Assembly (NCBI GenBank): GCA_039794085.1
Contig: JBDIWC010000076.1
Location: 1 to 14,027, forward strand
DNA length: 14,027 nt
Direction: 5' to 3'
Source of the DNA: Gemmatimonadales bacterium
Lineage (GTDB): Bacteria > Gemmatimonadota > Gemmatimonadetes > Gemmatimonadales > GWC2-71-9
Shown piece after piece: positions 1-8,170 of the stretch (its first letter is position 1; each line of letters opens with the position of its first letter). The notes under the pieces are model-generated. The model made no database searches. It saw only the letters and a list, made by a program, of their open reading frames with translations, and was not told the origin of the DNA. Both the position numbers and the translations under genes were made by a program.

Positions 1-22
1 CCAAGTGGGATGCCGTCACAGA

Positions 23-111
23 CGCCGTCACACGCACGGCCGGAGCGGGTGTCCGGGGGGCGCCCAAAATATTGTTGCCGTTTTGTGTTCAATCTTGTCC
101 GTAAGGGACTA
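23..111 (-). mobile_element. End of a dispersed non-coding element (copy A); probably continues beyond the left window edge
   Basis: Reverse complement of 61-111 matches 12211-12261 at 44/51 nt, and of 23-43 matches 12280-12300 at 17/21 nt. The similarity stops at TAGTCCCTTA, next to a heptamer tract. Confidence 0.7.
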
Positions 112-131
112 CTCCCTATTCCCTACTTCCT
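111..131. repeat. Heptamer tandem repeat (ACTCCCT ATTCCCT ACTTCCT)
   Basis: Three 7-bp units read directly; the same family occurs at 9103-9137, 12193-12213 and 12534-12554. Confidence 0.8.
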
Positions 132-133
132 GC

Positions 134-177
134 TGTTATTTGTTCATTGTTCATTGTTCATTGTCCATTGTCCATTG
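134..177. repeat. Heptamer tandem repeat (TGTTCAT/TGTCCAT, about 6 units)
   Basis: tgttatt tgttcat tgttcat tgttcat tgtccat tgtccat; a related tract lies at 5017-5056. Confidence 0.9.
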
Positions 178-184
178 GTGCCCC

Positions 185-703
185 ATGCCCCTTCCCATGA
201 TGTCCTGGCTCGCCGGCGTCATGCGACGCGACCTCACCGGGTTCCGCCGCACCCTCGATGCCTATCCCGACGATGCCTCACCCTGGACCCCCGTCCCGGG
301 ACCCGTCAACGTCACCGGCACCCTGGTGCTGCACGTGGCGGGCAATCTCCAGCACTTCATCGGCACCGTGCTCGGCCACACCGGCTTCGTCCGGGATCGC
401 GACGCGGAGTTTACCACCCGGGGCCTGCCGCGGGCGGAGCTGTACCCGCACCTCGATGCCACGAGTGCGGTCGTCACGGCCATCCTCTCCGCCCTCTCCG
501 AGAGCGACCTCGCGGCACCGTATCCCGTCTCCCTGCGGAACACCCGCGTCTCCACCGGCGATTTTCTCCTCCATCTCGCCTCCCATCTTGGCTACCACCT
601 GGGCCAGGCCGACTACCACCGGCGGGTGGTGACCGGGAGCCCGACCCCCGCCGGCCTGGTGCTGATCGAGGACCTGAGCTCGGCAAGGCGCGACTCTTGC
701 TGA
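185..703 (+). CDS. DinB/DUF664/DUF1572-like four-helix putative metalloenzyme
   Basis: Motifs GTLVLHVAGNLQHFIG, FVRDRDAEF and LHLASHLGYHLGQADYHRR. Start moved to ATG 185 (or 197/200) because the upstream frame runs through repeats. Confidence 0.85.
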   Translation: MPLPMMSWLAGVMRRDLTGFRRTLDAYPDDASPWTPVPGPVNVTGTLVLHVAGNLQHFIGTVLGHTGFVRDRDAEFTTRGLPRAELYPHLDATSAVVTAILSALSESDLAAPYPVSLRNTRVSTGDFLLHLASHLGYHLGQADYHRRVVTGSPTPAGLVLIEDLSSARRDSC

Positions 704-761
704 AAGAGAGTCTGATCCAGGTCCCGATCGGACTGGAGCGACTGCTCACAGGAGCCACCCA

Positions 762-1151
762 ATGCGCTCGGTATTCCTCATCTCTATCGCCGCCCTCTCG
801 CTCTCGGCCGCGCCATTGCTGGCCCAGGGACGGGGACAGGGTGGAGCCGCCAAGCCGAAACCGGAAGCCGCCCAACCGTCCTCGCGTCGGGTCGCTGACA
901 CGGAAATTGCCATCATCCAGGAATATTTCCGGGAACATGGCACGCGGCCCAAACCACTCCCCCCCGGCATCGCGAAAAATCTTGCACGCGGGAAGCCCCT
1001 CCCTCCCGGCATCGCCAAGACCCGAATGCCCGTCGACCTCGTCAAGCGGCTTCCCTCCCGGCCAGACCATGAGTGGGTGGTGACGGGCAACGTCGTCGTT
1101 CTCATCGACCCGGTCGGCCTGGTGGTCGACATCCTCCGGGAGGTCTTCTGA
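762..1151 (+). CDS. CigR-family / RcnB-like secreted protein
   Basis: Signal peptide (MRSVFLISIAALSLSAAPLLA), LPPGIAKNLARGKPLPPGIAK signature, EWVVTGNVVVLI and C-terminal ILREVF; AGGAG RBS upstream. Confidence 0.85.
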   Translation: MRSVFLISIAALSLSAAPLLAQGRGQGGAAKPKPEAAQPSSRRVADTEIAIIQEYFREHGTRPKPLPPGIAKNLARGKPLPPGIAKTRMPVDLVKRLPSRPDHEWVVTGNVVVLIDPVGLVVDILREVF

Positions 1152-1156
1152 TCCGA

Positions 1157-1212
1157 GTCGGGGCCTGAATACCCCGACGCCCATACCTGAGCGGGGGTGG
1201 CCCATGCCACCC
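1157..1212. terminator. Two GC-rich hairpins after the CigR-like gene (possible terminator or RNA stability element)
   Basis: GTCGGGG-8nt-CCCCGAC (1157-1178) and GGGTGGC-CCAT-GCCACCC (1195-1212); no clear U tract. Confidence 0.35.
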
Positions 1213-1264
1213 TCGACTGCCAGCGTTTCACTCCCCAATTTCGGAAAACGATCTTGGCTGAATC

Positions 1265-1511
1265 TCACGCGGAGACGCGGAGATGCGGAGGTCCATATTC
1301 GATGATCACTCTCTTCTGACGCTCGACCGAAAGACCTTTCCCGATCAATGTCTTTGCGAGAATCGCCCCATACACGGACTCCAACAGCCCTGGCCCCAGA
1401 TCCTGGTGCAGCCTCATCGCGTCATCAATGATCGCTCCCGTGATCTCATCCCAGTCCTTCCTCCGCGCCTCCGCGTCTCCGCGTGATATGTAACAATCTC
1501 TCCGTCATAAC
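1265..1511 (-). pseudogene. Internally deleted GxxExxY copy retaining both inverted arms (MITE-like derivative)
   Basis: 1294-1459 aligns to 1867-2032 (about 19 mismatches in 166 nt by hand) and ~236 bp is missing. Start ATG changed to ATA. Still reads ...WDEITGAIIDDAMRLHQDLGPGLLESVY...VIIEY but lacks the D...ELK region. Arms at 1265-1291 and 1460-1486. Confidence 0.88.
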
Positions 1512-1585
1512 CCAGCCCCACTGTCCGTCATCGCGAGCGTCAGCGAGGAGCCTGCCTTAGAGCCGGAGAGGGATGGGGCGTGAGG

Positions 1586-2062
1586 TCAGGCGGTCAGGTC
1601 ATCACGCGGAGACGCGGAGACGCGGAGGTTTGAGCGGAGGGAGGAGGCCTCCGATGGGAAGTTGTTCACGATGCGCCGCAGACCTTCCTTGAGTGTTGCG
1701 CCGCCAAAATTGATCAGCAAGCCAACCGGAAGGTTCAGGAGCTTCAGATAGGTCAGTACCTGCTTGCTATGTACCAGCTTCAGCTTTTCAACTGATTTCA
1801 GTTCAACCACCACACACCCTTCAACCAGCAGGTCGATTCGCAACCCTTCATCGAACCTCAGCCCGGCATATTCGAAGGTCACTCGCTTCTGACGCTCGAC
1901 CGAAAGGCCTTTCCCAATCAACATCGTTCCGAGAATCGCCCCATACACGGACTCCAACAACCCCGGCCCAAGATCCCGGTGCAACCTCATCGCGTCATCG
2001 ATGATCGATCCCGTGATCTCATCCCAATCTATCCTCCGCGCCTCCGCGCCTCCGCGTGACAT
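1586..2062 (-). CDS. GxxExxY protein (PD-(D/E)xK nuclease-like family)
   Basis: LGPGLLESVY (GxxExxY), RIDLLVE...VVELKS, QVLTYLK, GLLINFG. Likely start ATG 2062 (alternative 2080). Confidence 0.95.
   Translation of the reverse strand: MSRGGAEARRIDWDEITGSIIDDAMRLHRDLGPGLLESVYGAILGTMLIGKGLSVERQKRVTFEYAGLRFDEGLRIDLLVEGCVVVELKSVEKLKLVHSKQVLTYLKLLNLPVGLLINFGGATLKEGLRRIVNNFPSEASSLRSNLRVSASPRDDLTA
1602..2059. mobile_element. GxxExxY unit bounded by 27-bp inverted arms TC(ACGCGGAG)3G
   Basis: Left arm 1602-1628 tcacgcggagacgcggagacgcggagg; right arm 2033-2059 cctccgcgcctccgcgcctccgcgtga; 25/27 complementary. Confidence 0.65.
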
Positions 2063-2234
2063 GTAACATCTCTTCGTCATAACGCGGCTCCCCCAAAATT
2101 GTTTCCTGACAGACATCCCGCACGTCAGTCGTTTCAGGGGTGTCAACGCCGGGCCACTACTTTATCTCGGAATCGGAATAGCCGGCGGATCGAATAATCT
2201 CGGACAGGAGCTGAATAAACGCGTTCAGGTGCTC

Positions 2235-2261
2235 CCTCCGCGCCCCCGCGTCTCCGCGTGA
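2235..2261. repeat. Solo right-type 8-bp-unit arm
   Basis: cctccgcgcccccgcgtctccgcgtga, in the same orientation as 1460-1486 and 2033-2059. Confidence 0.85.
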
Positions 2262-2288
2262 CAAACCCCTTGTGGTCGTTCCCCCCGC

Positions 2289-2969
2289 TCACTCCCCCCG
2301 GGCCAGCCGCTCCAGACGAACCCGGTCCCGCACCCGGAATCGCCCCCGGCCCGAACGGCCCAGCGTCCCGTCGGCACAGAGGCGCCCCAGCTCCCGCACC
2401 ACCACCTCCCGCACCGTCCCCAGCTCCTCGGCCAGGTTGGCCTGGCTCTGCCCCAGATCGAAGTCGGAGCCGAGCTGATCAGCGCGGTCGAGCAGGTACC
2501 CACCGAGCCGCTGCGCCACGGTGCGCCCCAGCCGTCCATCCATCCGCCCGACCAGATCACGGACTCGGCGGGCCAGACGCTCCAGCAGCCGCCACGCCAG
2601 CCGCGGGTCCACCCGGATCACGGCCTCCAAGTCCGCCCGCGAGAGGAGCAGGCACCGGACCGCGCCGGCGGCGCGTGCCATCGCCGGATACCCTCCACCC
2701 GCAAAGAGCGGCACCTCGCCGAGTGTCGCTCCGGGACCTTCCCTGTGGATCACGTGCTGGCGACCGGCCGCGCCCCCTCCCCCTCCTCGCAGCAGACGCA
2801 CTTCTCCCTCCAGGAGCACGACGAGGCCGCGGGACGGATCCCCCACCCGCCAGAGGACCGCACCGGTTCCGAAGCGGCGGGGAATCGCCCGCCGGGACAC
2901 CTCGGCCAGGGCGGCGTCGCTCAAACCGAAAAAGAGGGAAACGTCGCGCAGGGTATCGGGAGTCACCAT
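2289..2969 (-). CDS. Crp/Fnr family transcriptional regulator
   Basis: cNMP-binding domain (VLLEGEVRL, GATLGEVPLF, YPAMARA) and HTH (SQANLAEELGTVREVVVRELG); no FNR-type Cys cluster. Confidence 0.93.
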   Translation of the reverse strand: MVTPDTLRDVSLFFGLSDAALAEVSRRAIPRRFGTGAVLWRVGDPSRGLVVLLEGEVRLLRGGGGGAAGRQHVIHREGPGATLGEVPLFAGGGYPAMARAAGAVRCLLLSRADLEAVIRVDPRLAWRLLERLARRVRDLVGRMDGRLGRTVAQRLGGYLLDRADQLGSDFDLGQSQANLAEELGTVREVVVRELGRLCADGTLGRSGRGRFRVRDRVRLERLARGE

Positions 2970-3051
2970 GGATGGAACTTAGGTTCCATCGGGAGGTCGT
3001 GGTAGCCGCTACGATTGACTCCCTAATCACCTTCGAGCAAGGAGTTCGACC

Positions 3052-3561
3052 ATGGTCCCCCGCATTTCCTCCACGCTTCCGGTGCTCCTCGTCCTGGCAC
3101 TCCCCGGAGCCCTCCTCGCCCAGGGAGCCGAGCCGCCGCGGCGACTGTCGGACAGCGCCTTCGCCGAACTCCAGGAACGGGGCCGCCGGGCCATGGGGGT
3201 GGACCAGTACACCTCCACTCACACCTTCGATGACCTTCCCGACGGCGGCCGCATCGCCCTGCAGCGCAACGCGGACGACTCGGCGGGTACCGCCGTGATT
3301 CGCCAGCACCTGCAGGACATCCAGCGGCTCTTCACCACCGGGGACTTCCGGATTCCCGCCATGGTGCATGACATGATCGTGCCGGGAACAGTCGTCATGT
3401 CGGAGCGGCGGGAGCACCTCCGCTTCACCTACCGGGGATTGCCCCGCGGCGGCGAGGTACGGATACAGACCACGGATGCCGAGGCGCTGGCGGCGGTCCA
3501 TGCGTTCCTGGAGTTCCAGCGGATGGATCACCGGGCCCATGGCATGAAGCACAAGCCGTGA
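3052..3561 (+). CDS. Secreted conserved hypothetical protein, His/Met-rich
   Basis: Signal peptide, AAGGAG RBS, motifs RGRRAMGVDQYTSTHTF, LPDGGRI, IRQHL, PAMVH, AVHAFLEFQRMDH. Confidence 0.8.
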   Translation: MVPRISSTLPVLLVLALPGALLAQGAEPPRRLSDSAFAELQERGRRAMGVDQYTSTHTFDDLPDGGRIALQRNADDSAGTAVIRQHLQDIQRLFTTGDFRIPAMVHDMIVPGTVVMSERREHLRFTYRGLPRGGEVRIQTTDAEALAAVHAFLEFQRMDHRAHGMKHKP

Positions 3562-3564
3562 ATC

Positions 3565-3978
3565 TCACAGGATGACGGGCAGGAGCCTGGAGTCCTCGAG
3601 CGCCGCCAGCCGGTGACCCATCCCGGCGAGATACGCCTCATTCGACGCAAAGGCCAGAAACCGCGCCTGGCTCTGATGCCGTACCAGCATCACCAGGTCC
3701 CACCGCTCCTCCGGCGGTCCGATCAGGAAGTGACAGCCGCGCCCCAGAAAGAGGATCTCCCCCTCGGCCTCTTCCAGAAACGGCCGCGTGTGCGCCATGT
3801 ACTTCTCATACGCCTCGGCGCCGGAGATCGGTGTGGCAGGGGCCAGATCCGGCGTCGCGGAATAGTCGGCAATTGCCCGGAAACGGAGAAGGTTCAGCAT
3901 CACGATGGGACCCGTGATCGGGGCCGAGAAGTAGCGCTGTCCTGCCTCCGGGGTCACTTCGAGATAAGCATCTCCCAT
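3565..3978 (-). CDS. DUF1330 domain protein
   Basis: GPIVMLNLLRFRA...SGAEAYEKY...EERWDLVMLVR...HRLAALEDSRL. Confidence 0.85.
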   Translation of the reverse strand: MGDAYLEVTPEAGQRYFSAPITGPIVMLNLLRFRAIADYSATPDLAPATPISGAEAYEKYMAHTRPFLEEAEGEILFLGRGCHFLIGPPEERWDLVMLVRHQSQARFLAFASNEAYLAGMGHRLAALEDSRLLPVIL

Positions 3979-4022
3979 GAATCCGTCGATCCTTGTTCAG
4001 GTGTTGACCGTACGATGTCGAC

Positions 4023-4319
4023 CTACGTCCCGAGTTTGCTCCCGCTGAGTGGCACGGTCTCGGTGCGCTGCCCGAAGCCGGTGATGAGAGGCCGACCCCG
4101 GGCGATTGCCGCCTGAACCGACGGCAGGGTGATCGAGGCCTGGTGACTCGCCCTGCTGTCCCAGACCTCGGTAATCCACAGGGCATCGGGGTCGGTCGCG
4201 TCCTCGGCGATCACATAGCTGAGGCACCCCGGCATGTTCCCTGTTCCCTCCAACAGGATCGCCGCGAGAGCATCACGTTGGCCGGGGACCACGGTCATCT
4301 TTCCGATCAGTCCGTACAT
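4023..4319 (-). CDS. Antibiotic biosynthesis monooxygenase (ABM) / putative quinol monooxygenase
   Basis: MYGLIGKM...PGQRDAL...MPGCLSYVIA...LWITEVWDSRASHQAS; GAAGGAG RBS before ATG 4319. Confidence 0.9.
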   Translation of the reverse strand: MYGLIGKMTVVPGQRDALAAILLEGTGNMPGCLSYVIAEDATDPDALWITEVWDSRASHQASITLPSVQAAIARGRPLITGFGQRTETVPLSGSKLGT

Positions 4320-4501
4320 CGTCGCTCCTTCACGTGGGGAAACTCTGATCACCATCAGGAGATCCTCGCCGCAACCGAAATCCCGGGAGGCCCTGCAGTC
4401 CAGATGATCGCCTAAGGGAGATGAGCCCGCCAACCAGCACCCGGTGTCATCGGGGTGCCGGTCATGGCAGGACAACTACCACAGCGCGCAGGATCGATGC
4501 G

Positions 4502-4696
4502 TCACGTCTGGGCCATTCCGTATCCGAGAAAGACCCGGCAATGGGGACACATGAGAATGTGCTTCTGGGAGACTCCTCCCACCCCTTTCGCCTTCACCCA
4601 GATCCGGCGGAGTTCCGATTTGCAGCTGGGACAGACCGGCACGGCCTTCTTCGGCGCGTCCTCAAACTCGATTCCGTCAAACCCGAAAATGGGCAC
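4502..4696 (-). CDS. Small zinc-ribbon-like protein (CPSC...CPHC)
   Basis: Two CxxC pairs; AAGGAG RBS before GTG 4696; about 64 aa. Confidence 0.7.
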   Translation of the reverse strand: MPIFGFDGIEFEDAPKKAVPVCPSCKSELRRIWVKAKGVGGVSQKHILMCPHCRVFLGYGMAQT

Positions 4697-4752
4697 TTGG
4701 GCTCCTTGGATCGGGAAAGCCCTCCATGACACCACGTCAGGAGGGATGGGTC

Positions 4753-4977
4753 TCAGCTCTTGATCGCCGACGCGAGCCGGTCCGCAAGATCGAGCGGGAT
4801 CACCGCGAGCCGCCGAAGGAGATCAAGCAACCGCGATCGAGCCCGCGTCCTCCCTCCCCGCCGGGGAACGGGTGGCGGCGGTGGGGGCGGCGTCAAGGTT
4901 CCCACGGCCGTGGGAGGGCCTCGCCGGGGAGGCTCGAGTGAACCGTGAGGATCGGGAAGACGCCGTCGCTCGTTCAT
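4753..4977 (-). CDS. Small Pro/Arg-rich hypothetical protein
   Basis: GGAGGT RBS just upstream of ATG; co-oriented with neighbours; amphipathic-looking C-terminal helix. Confidence 0.55.
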   Translation of the reverse strand: MNERRRLPDPHGSLEPPRRGPPTAVGTLTPPPPPPPVPRRGGRTRARSRLLDLLRRLAVIPLDLADRLASAIKS

Positions 4978-5016
4978 GTTGACCTCCGGGTTGTCCCTGC
5001 ATGCCCGCGTTTACCC

Positions 5017-5056
5017 TTCACTGTTCATTGATCACTGATCATTGATCATTGTTCTT
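5017..5056. repeat. Heptamer tandem repeat (TGTTCAT/TGATCAT, about 5 units)
   Basis: tgttcat tgatcac tgatcat tgatcat tgttctt, immediately after the permease stop codon. Confidence 0.85.
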
Positions 5057-7812
5057 TACTCCGCCCGCAACACCTCCACCGGCTCCACCCGTGCCGCGCG
5101 CCGGGCCGGTCCCACGCTGGCCAGCACGGCAACCACCAGCAGCAGCACCGACACCGCGATCAGCACGGCGGGATCGGTGGGGCTCACATCGTAGAGCACG
5201 GACTGAAGAACCCGCGTCCCCAGGAGTGCCACCACCACACCCACGGCCACTCCAACCGCCACCAGTGCGAGCGACTGTCCCACCACGAGCCGAGCCACCT
5301 GCGGCACCCGGGCCCCGAGCGCCATCCGGACCCCGATCTCGCTCCGGCGCTGCGCCACCAGGTACGAAATTACACCGTAGATCCCCACCGTGCTGAGCAG
5401 CAAGGCCATCCCCCCGGCGATCGACAGCAGCGTCATGACGAACGACGCCCGGGCCATCGACCGCTCCACCGCATCCTGCATCAATTGCGGGTCCACCACC
5501 GGAACATCCGGATCGAGTTCGGTGACGATGCGCCGGATGGTGCCCACCAGGGAGACCGGATCGACCTCGGTGGTGCGGATGGCATACACCAGACCGTGAA
5601 GGGCGTCCGAGCGGACATCGCCGACCCGCTCGCTCGCAGGATAGAAGACCGCTTCCGTCGGAGGCCGATCCAGACCCTCGGCATGCAGAACCGGAATGAC
5701 ACCGGTGACGCGGTAAAACCCGAGCGGCGAGTCGGGGCCATTGGTGTTGATCCCCTTGCCGATCGGGTCCTCCCCCGGCCAGAGCCGCTCCGCCAGCGCC
5801 CGCGTCACGACTGTTGCCCCGCTTCGCGAATCCACATCGCCCCAGGTCGGGGCATCGCCCGCGACGGTGATGCCGAGTGCGGCAAAGAAGCCCGGTGTGG
5901 CCCGCTGGGTCGCGACACAGGGCGTCTGCTCGTCCGGGCCATAGGGCAGGCCCTCCCGAAACACGACGGAGCACCCCCCGAAATCGCGGAGCGGGAGCGC
6001 CGTGCCGGCGCCGACCTCGATCACACCGGGTAGCGCGGCGATTCGATCGTGCACCTGCCGATGAAACGCGACCCCCGCGTCGAGCGTGGCATATCGTGGA
6101 AACGGAACGGAGATCGACACCGTGAGCACGCCAGCCGGATCCAGACCCGGTTCCACCTGCCGGAGCTTCACCACGCTCTTGAGCATCAGCCCCGAGGCCA
6201 CCAGAAGCACCAGGGCCAACGCCACCTGACCAATCACCAGGGCGCCTCGCGCGCGCCGCGGGCCACCCGAGGTGAGGCCCCGTCCCCCCTCGCGGAGGGC
6301 GCGCACATCCACCCGGGTGCGCGCCATCGGCATCAACCCCAGGACCAGGCCGGTGACAATCGAGAGTGCCGCAGCAAAAGCCACGGCTTCCCCGGTCATC
6401 GTCACGCCGGCCAGCCGGGGGATGTTGGTCGGAGCGATGACGAGCAGGGCACGAAGACCCATCCAGGCGACAAGGATGCCCATCACTCCGGCCACCCCGG
6501 TCAGCAGCATGCTCTCCGACAGGAACAGGGCGAGCATCCGGGAGCGGTCGGCCCCCAGCGCCGTCCGGATCGCCGATTCACGCCGCCGGGCCTCCATCCG
6601 CACCAGGAAGAGGTTGGTTACATTCGCGAGAGCGATCGCCAACACCAGTCCCACCGCCCCGAACAGGACCCAGAGCGTCGGCGCGAGCGAAGGGCCGAGA
6701 ACCTCGTCCCGCAGGGGGATCACCCCGGCCCGGAAGCGGTAGTGCTCCAGGAATCTCTCGGAGTAGGCGCTCGGGAAAAGGGTCGGGAATCCTTCCGTCA
6801 TCCTCTGAAAATCGGCCTCGGCCATTGCCGCAGTCACCCCCGGCTTGAGGCGGCCGATCCCGGAGTACTGATGGTTATTCTGGGGTCGGGCAGCCGGATC
6901 GAGCTGCATCGGCACCCAGAGATCCACACCAAATCCCGCAAGATTGGCCGTGGACCCGAACGGCCCCGGCTTCGGCAGGGTCAGCCCCGGCTCCGCCACC
7001 CCGACGATCTCCAGGGGACCGGTGGCGGTCTGCAGCAGTGTCCCCTCCACGTCGCGGTTTCCTCCGAACCGGCGGCGCCAGAACTCGTGACTCAACACCA
7101 CCACCGGGGCAACACCGGGACGATCATCGTCCGGAAGTATCAGCCGACCGATGGTGGCTCGTGCCTGTAGCGTGGTGAAGATCGAGGCGGTGATCATCCC
7201 CGCCCGGACCACCTCGGCACCCCCCTCTCCAGTCACCGTAGTCGACGATGTACGGTAGCCGCCCAGATCAGACAGGGTGGTGTTGTTTTCCCGGAAGTGG
7301 AAGTATCCGGCGGCACTCATTCCCCACTTCTGCTCGCCGCTCCCCGGTACCGTCGCGGGGTGGAGTACCGACACCAACTCCCCGCTCTGCCGGTAGGGGA
7401 GCGGACGGAGCACCACGGCATCGAGGACCATGTAGATCGCGGTGGTGGCGCCGATGCCGAGTGCCAGGGTCGCGCAGGCCACCAGGGCGAACGTGGGCGA
7501 GCGGCGGAGAACCCGGGCGGCATGGGAGATTTCCCGAACCAGACCACGAAGGTGTTCGGAGCGCTGGCGCGTCTGCATGGTGGCCTCATGGATGGCGCGG
7601 GTGTGCGCGCGATGGTGGTCATAGTTGCCGAACCGGCGGTGTGCCTCGGACTCGGCTTCCGCGCGGGTCATCCCCAACTCAACGAACTGCTCGATCCGTT
7701 CCTCGAGATGAAAGGCAAGCTCCTCGTCTACCTCTCGTTCCGAACGGCACCGGGAAAAGGGAAGGCGGAAGACACGTTTCGCCTCCCGCCATCGGTCGAA
7801 CGAGTCGGTCAT
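5056..7812 (-). CDS. ADOP-type duplicated ABC transporter permease (MacB/FtsX-like) with N-terminal permease prefix domain
   Basis: EREVDEELAFHLE...AHRRFG prefix, LALGIGATTAIY, RRRESAIRTALGA, RRSEIGVRMALGA, PARRAARVEPVEVLRAE. ATG 7812 overlaps the PadR stop (ATGA); 918 aa. Confidence 0.93.
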   Translation of the reverse strand: MTDSFDRWREAKRVFRLPFSRCRSEREVDEELAFHLEERIEQFVELGMTRAEAESEAHRRFGNYDHHRAHTRAIHEATMQTRQRSEHLRGLVREISHAARVLRRSPTFALVACATLALGIGATTAIYMVLDAVVLRPLPYRQSGELVSVLHPATVPGSGEQKWGMSAAGYFHFRENNTTLSDLGGYRTSSTTVTGEGGAEVVRAGMITASIFTTLQARATIGRLILPDDDRPGVAPVVVLSHEFWRRRFGGNRDVEGTLLQTATGPLEIVGVAEPGLTLPKPGPFGSTANLAGFGVDLWVPMQLDPAARPQNNHQYSGIGRLKPGVTAAMAEADFQRMTEGFPTLFPSAYSERFLEHYRFRAGVIPLRDEVLGPSLAPTLWVLFGAVGLVLAIALANVTNLFLVRMEARRRESAIRTALGADRSRMLALFLSESMLLTGVAGVMGILVAWMGLRALLVIAPTNIPRLAGVTMTGEAVAFAAALSIVTGLVLGLMPMARTRVDVRALREGGRGLTSGGPRRARGALVIGQVALALVLLVASGLMLKSVVKLRQVEPGLDPAGVLTVSISVPFPRYATLDAGVAFHRQVHDRIAALPGVIEVGAGTALPLRDFGGCSVVFREGLPYGPDEQTPCVATQRATPGFFAALGITVAGDAPTWGDVDSRSGATVVTRALAERLWPGEDPIGKGINTNGPDSPLGFYRVTGVIPVLHAEGLDRPPTEAVFYPASERVGDVRSDALHGLVYAIRTTEVDPVSLVGTIRRIVTELDPDVPVVDPQLMQDAVERSMARASFVMTLLSIAGGMALLLSTVGIYGVISYLVAQRRSEIGVRMALGARVPQVARLVVGQSLALVAVGVAVGVVVALLGTRVLQSVLYDVSPTDPAVLIAVSVLLLVVAVLASVGPARRAARVEPVEVLRAE

Positions 7813-8156
7813 CGGGCTGCTCCTCCCTGGGCGGCAATCACCAGGCCGATCGCTCGCGTGTACCGATCCCAGGTGTGGAGCTCTGCGCTCAGTTGGCGGC
7901 GCCCTGCGGACGTGAGCTGGTAGTACTTCGCCTTCCGGCCGCGATCGGTGAACCCCCACTCCGCCTCGAGCCACCCCTTCCTCTCGAGCCGGTGGAGCGC
8001 CGGGTAGAGTGCTCCTTCCTCGACCTGGAGTTGTTGATGGGTGACGTCCTCGACCCAGCGCACCACGCCGACCCCGTGGAGGGGGCCCCAGGAGAGGGCC
8101 TTGAGAATGACGAGGTCCAGAGTACCGCGGACGAGTTCGAGGCTGGAATCGGGCAT
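7809..8156 (-). CDS. PadR family regulator, acidobacterial type
   Basis: GTLDLVILKAL, GALYPALHRLE, GRKAKYYQLT. Confidence 0.95.
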   Translation of the reverse strand: MPDSSLELVRGTLDLVILKALSWGPLHGVGVVRWVEDVTHQQLQVEEGALYPALHRLERKGWLEAEWGFTDRGRKAKYYQLTSAGRRQLSAELHTWDRYTRAIGLVIAAQGGAAR

Positions 8157-8170
8157 GGGTTCCCCGGGTT

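Noticed and set aside
10..1268. Long overlapping ORFs 10..1083 and 474..1268 (similarly 2258..3298, 2557..3552, 6049..7170, 10204..11142, 11761..12843)
   Set aside because: Pro/Arg-rich shadow frames typical of high-GC DNA, overlapping recognisable genes.
1283..1486. Plus-strand 67-aa ORF
   Set aside because: Antisense frame of the GxxExxY pseudogene.
1527..1572. Degenerate GTCATCGCGAGCG...AGCGA / CCTGCC...GGG REP-like remnant
   Set aside because: Single copy with no convincing stem; cannot be supported from this window.
1265..2261. CRISPR array interpretation of the five 27-bp repeats
   Set aside because: Repeats alternate in orientation, have irregular 115-400 bp spacing and internal 8-bp periodicity; no cas genes.
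3015..3030. Possible Crp/Fnr box TTGACTCCCTAATCAC
   Set aside because: Half-site spacing is 8 nt rather than the canonical 6; too weak to call.
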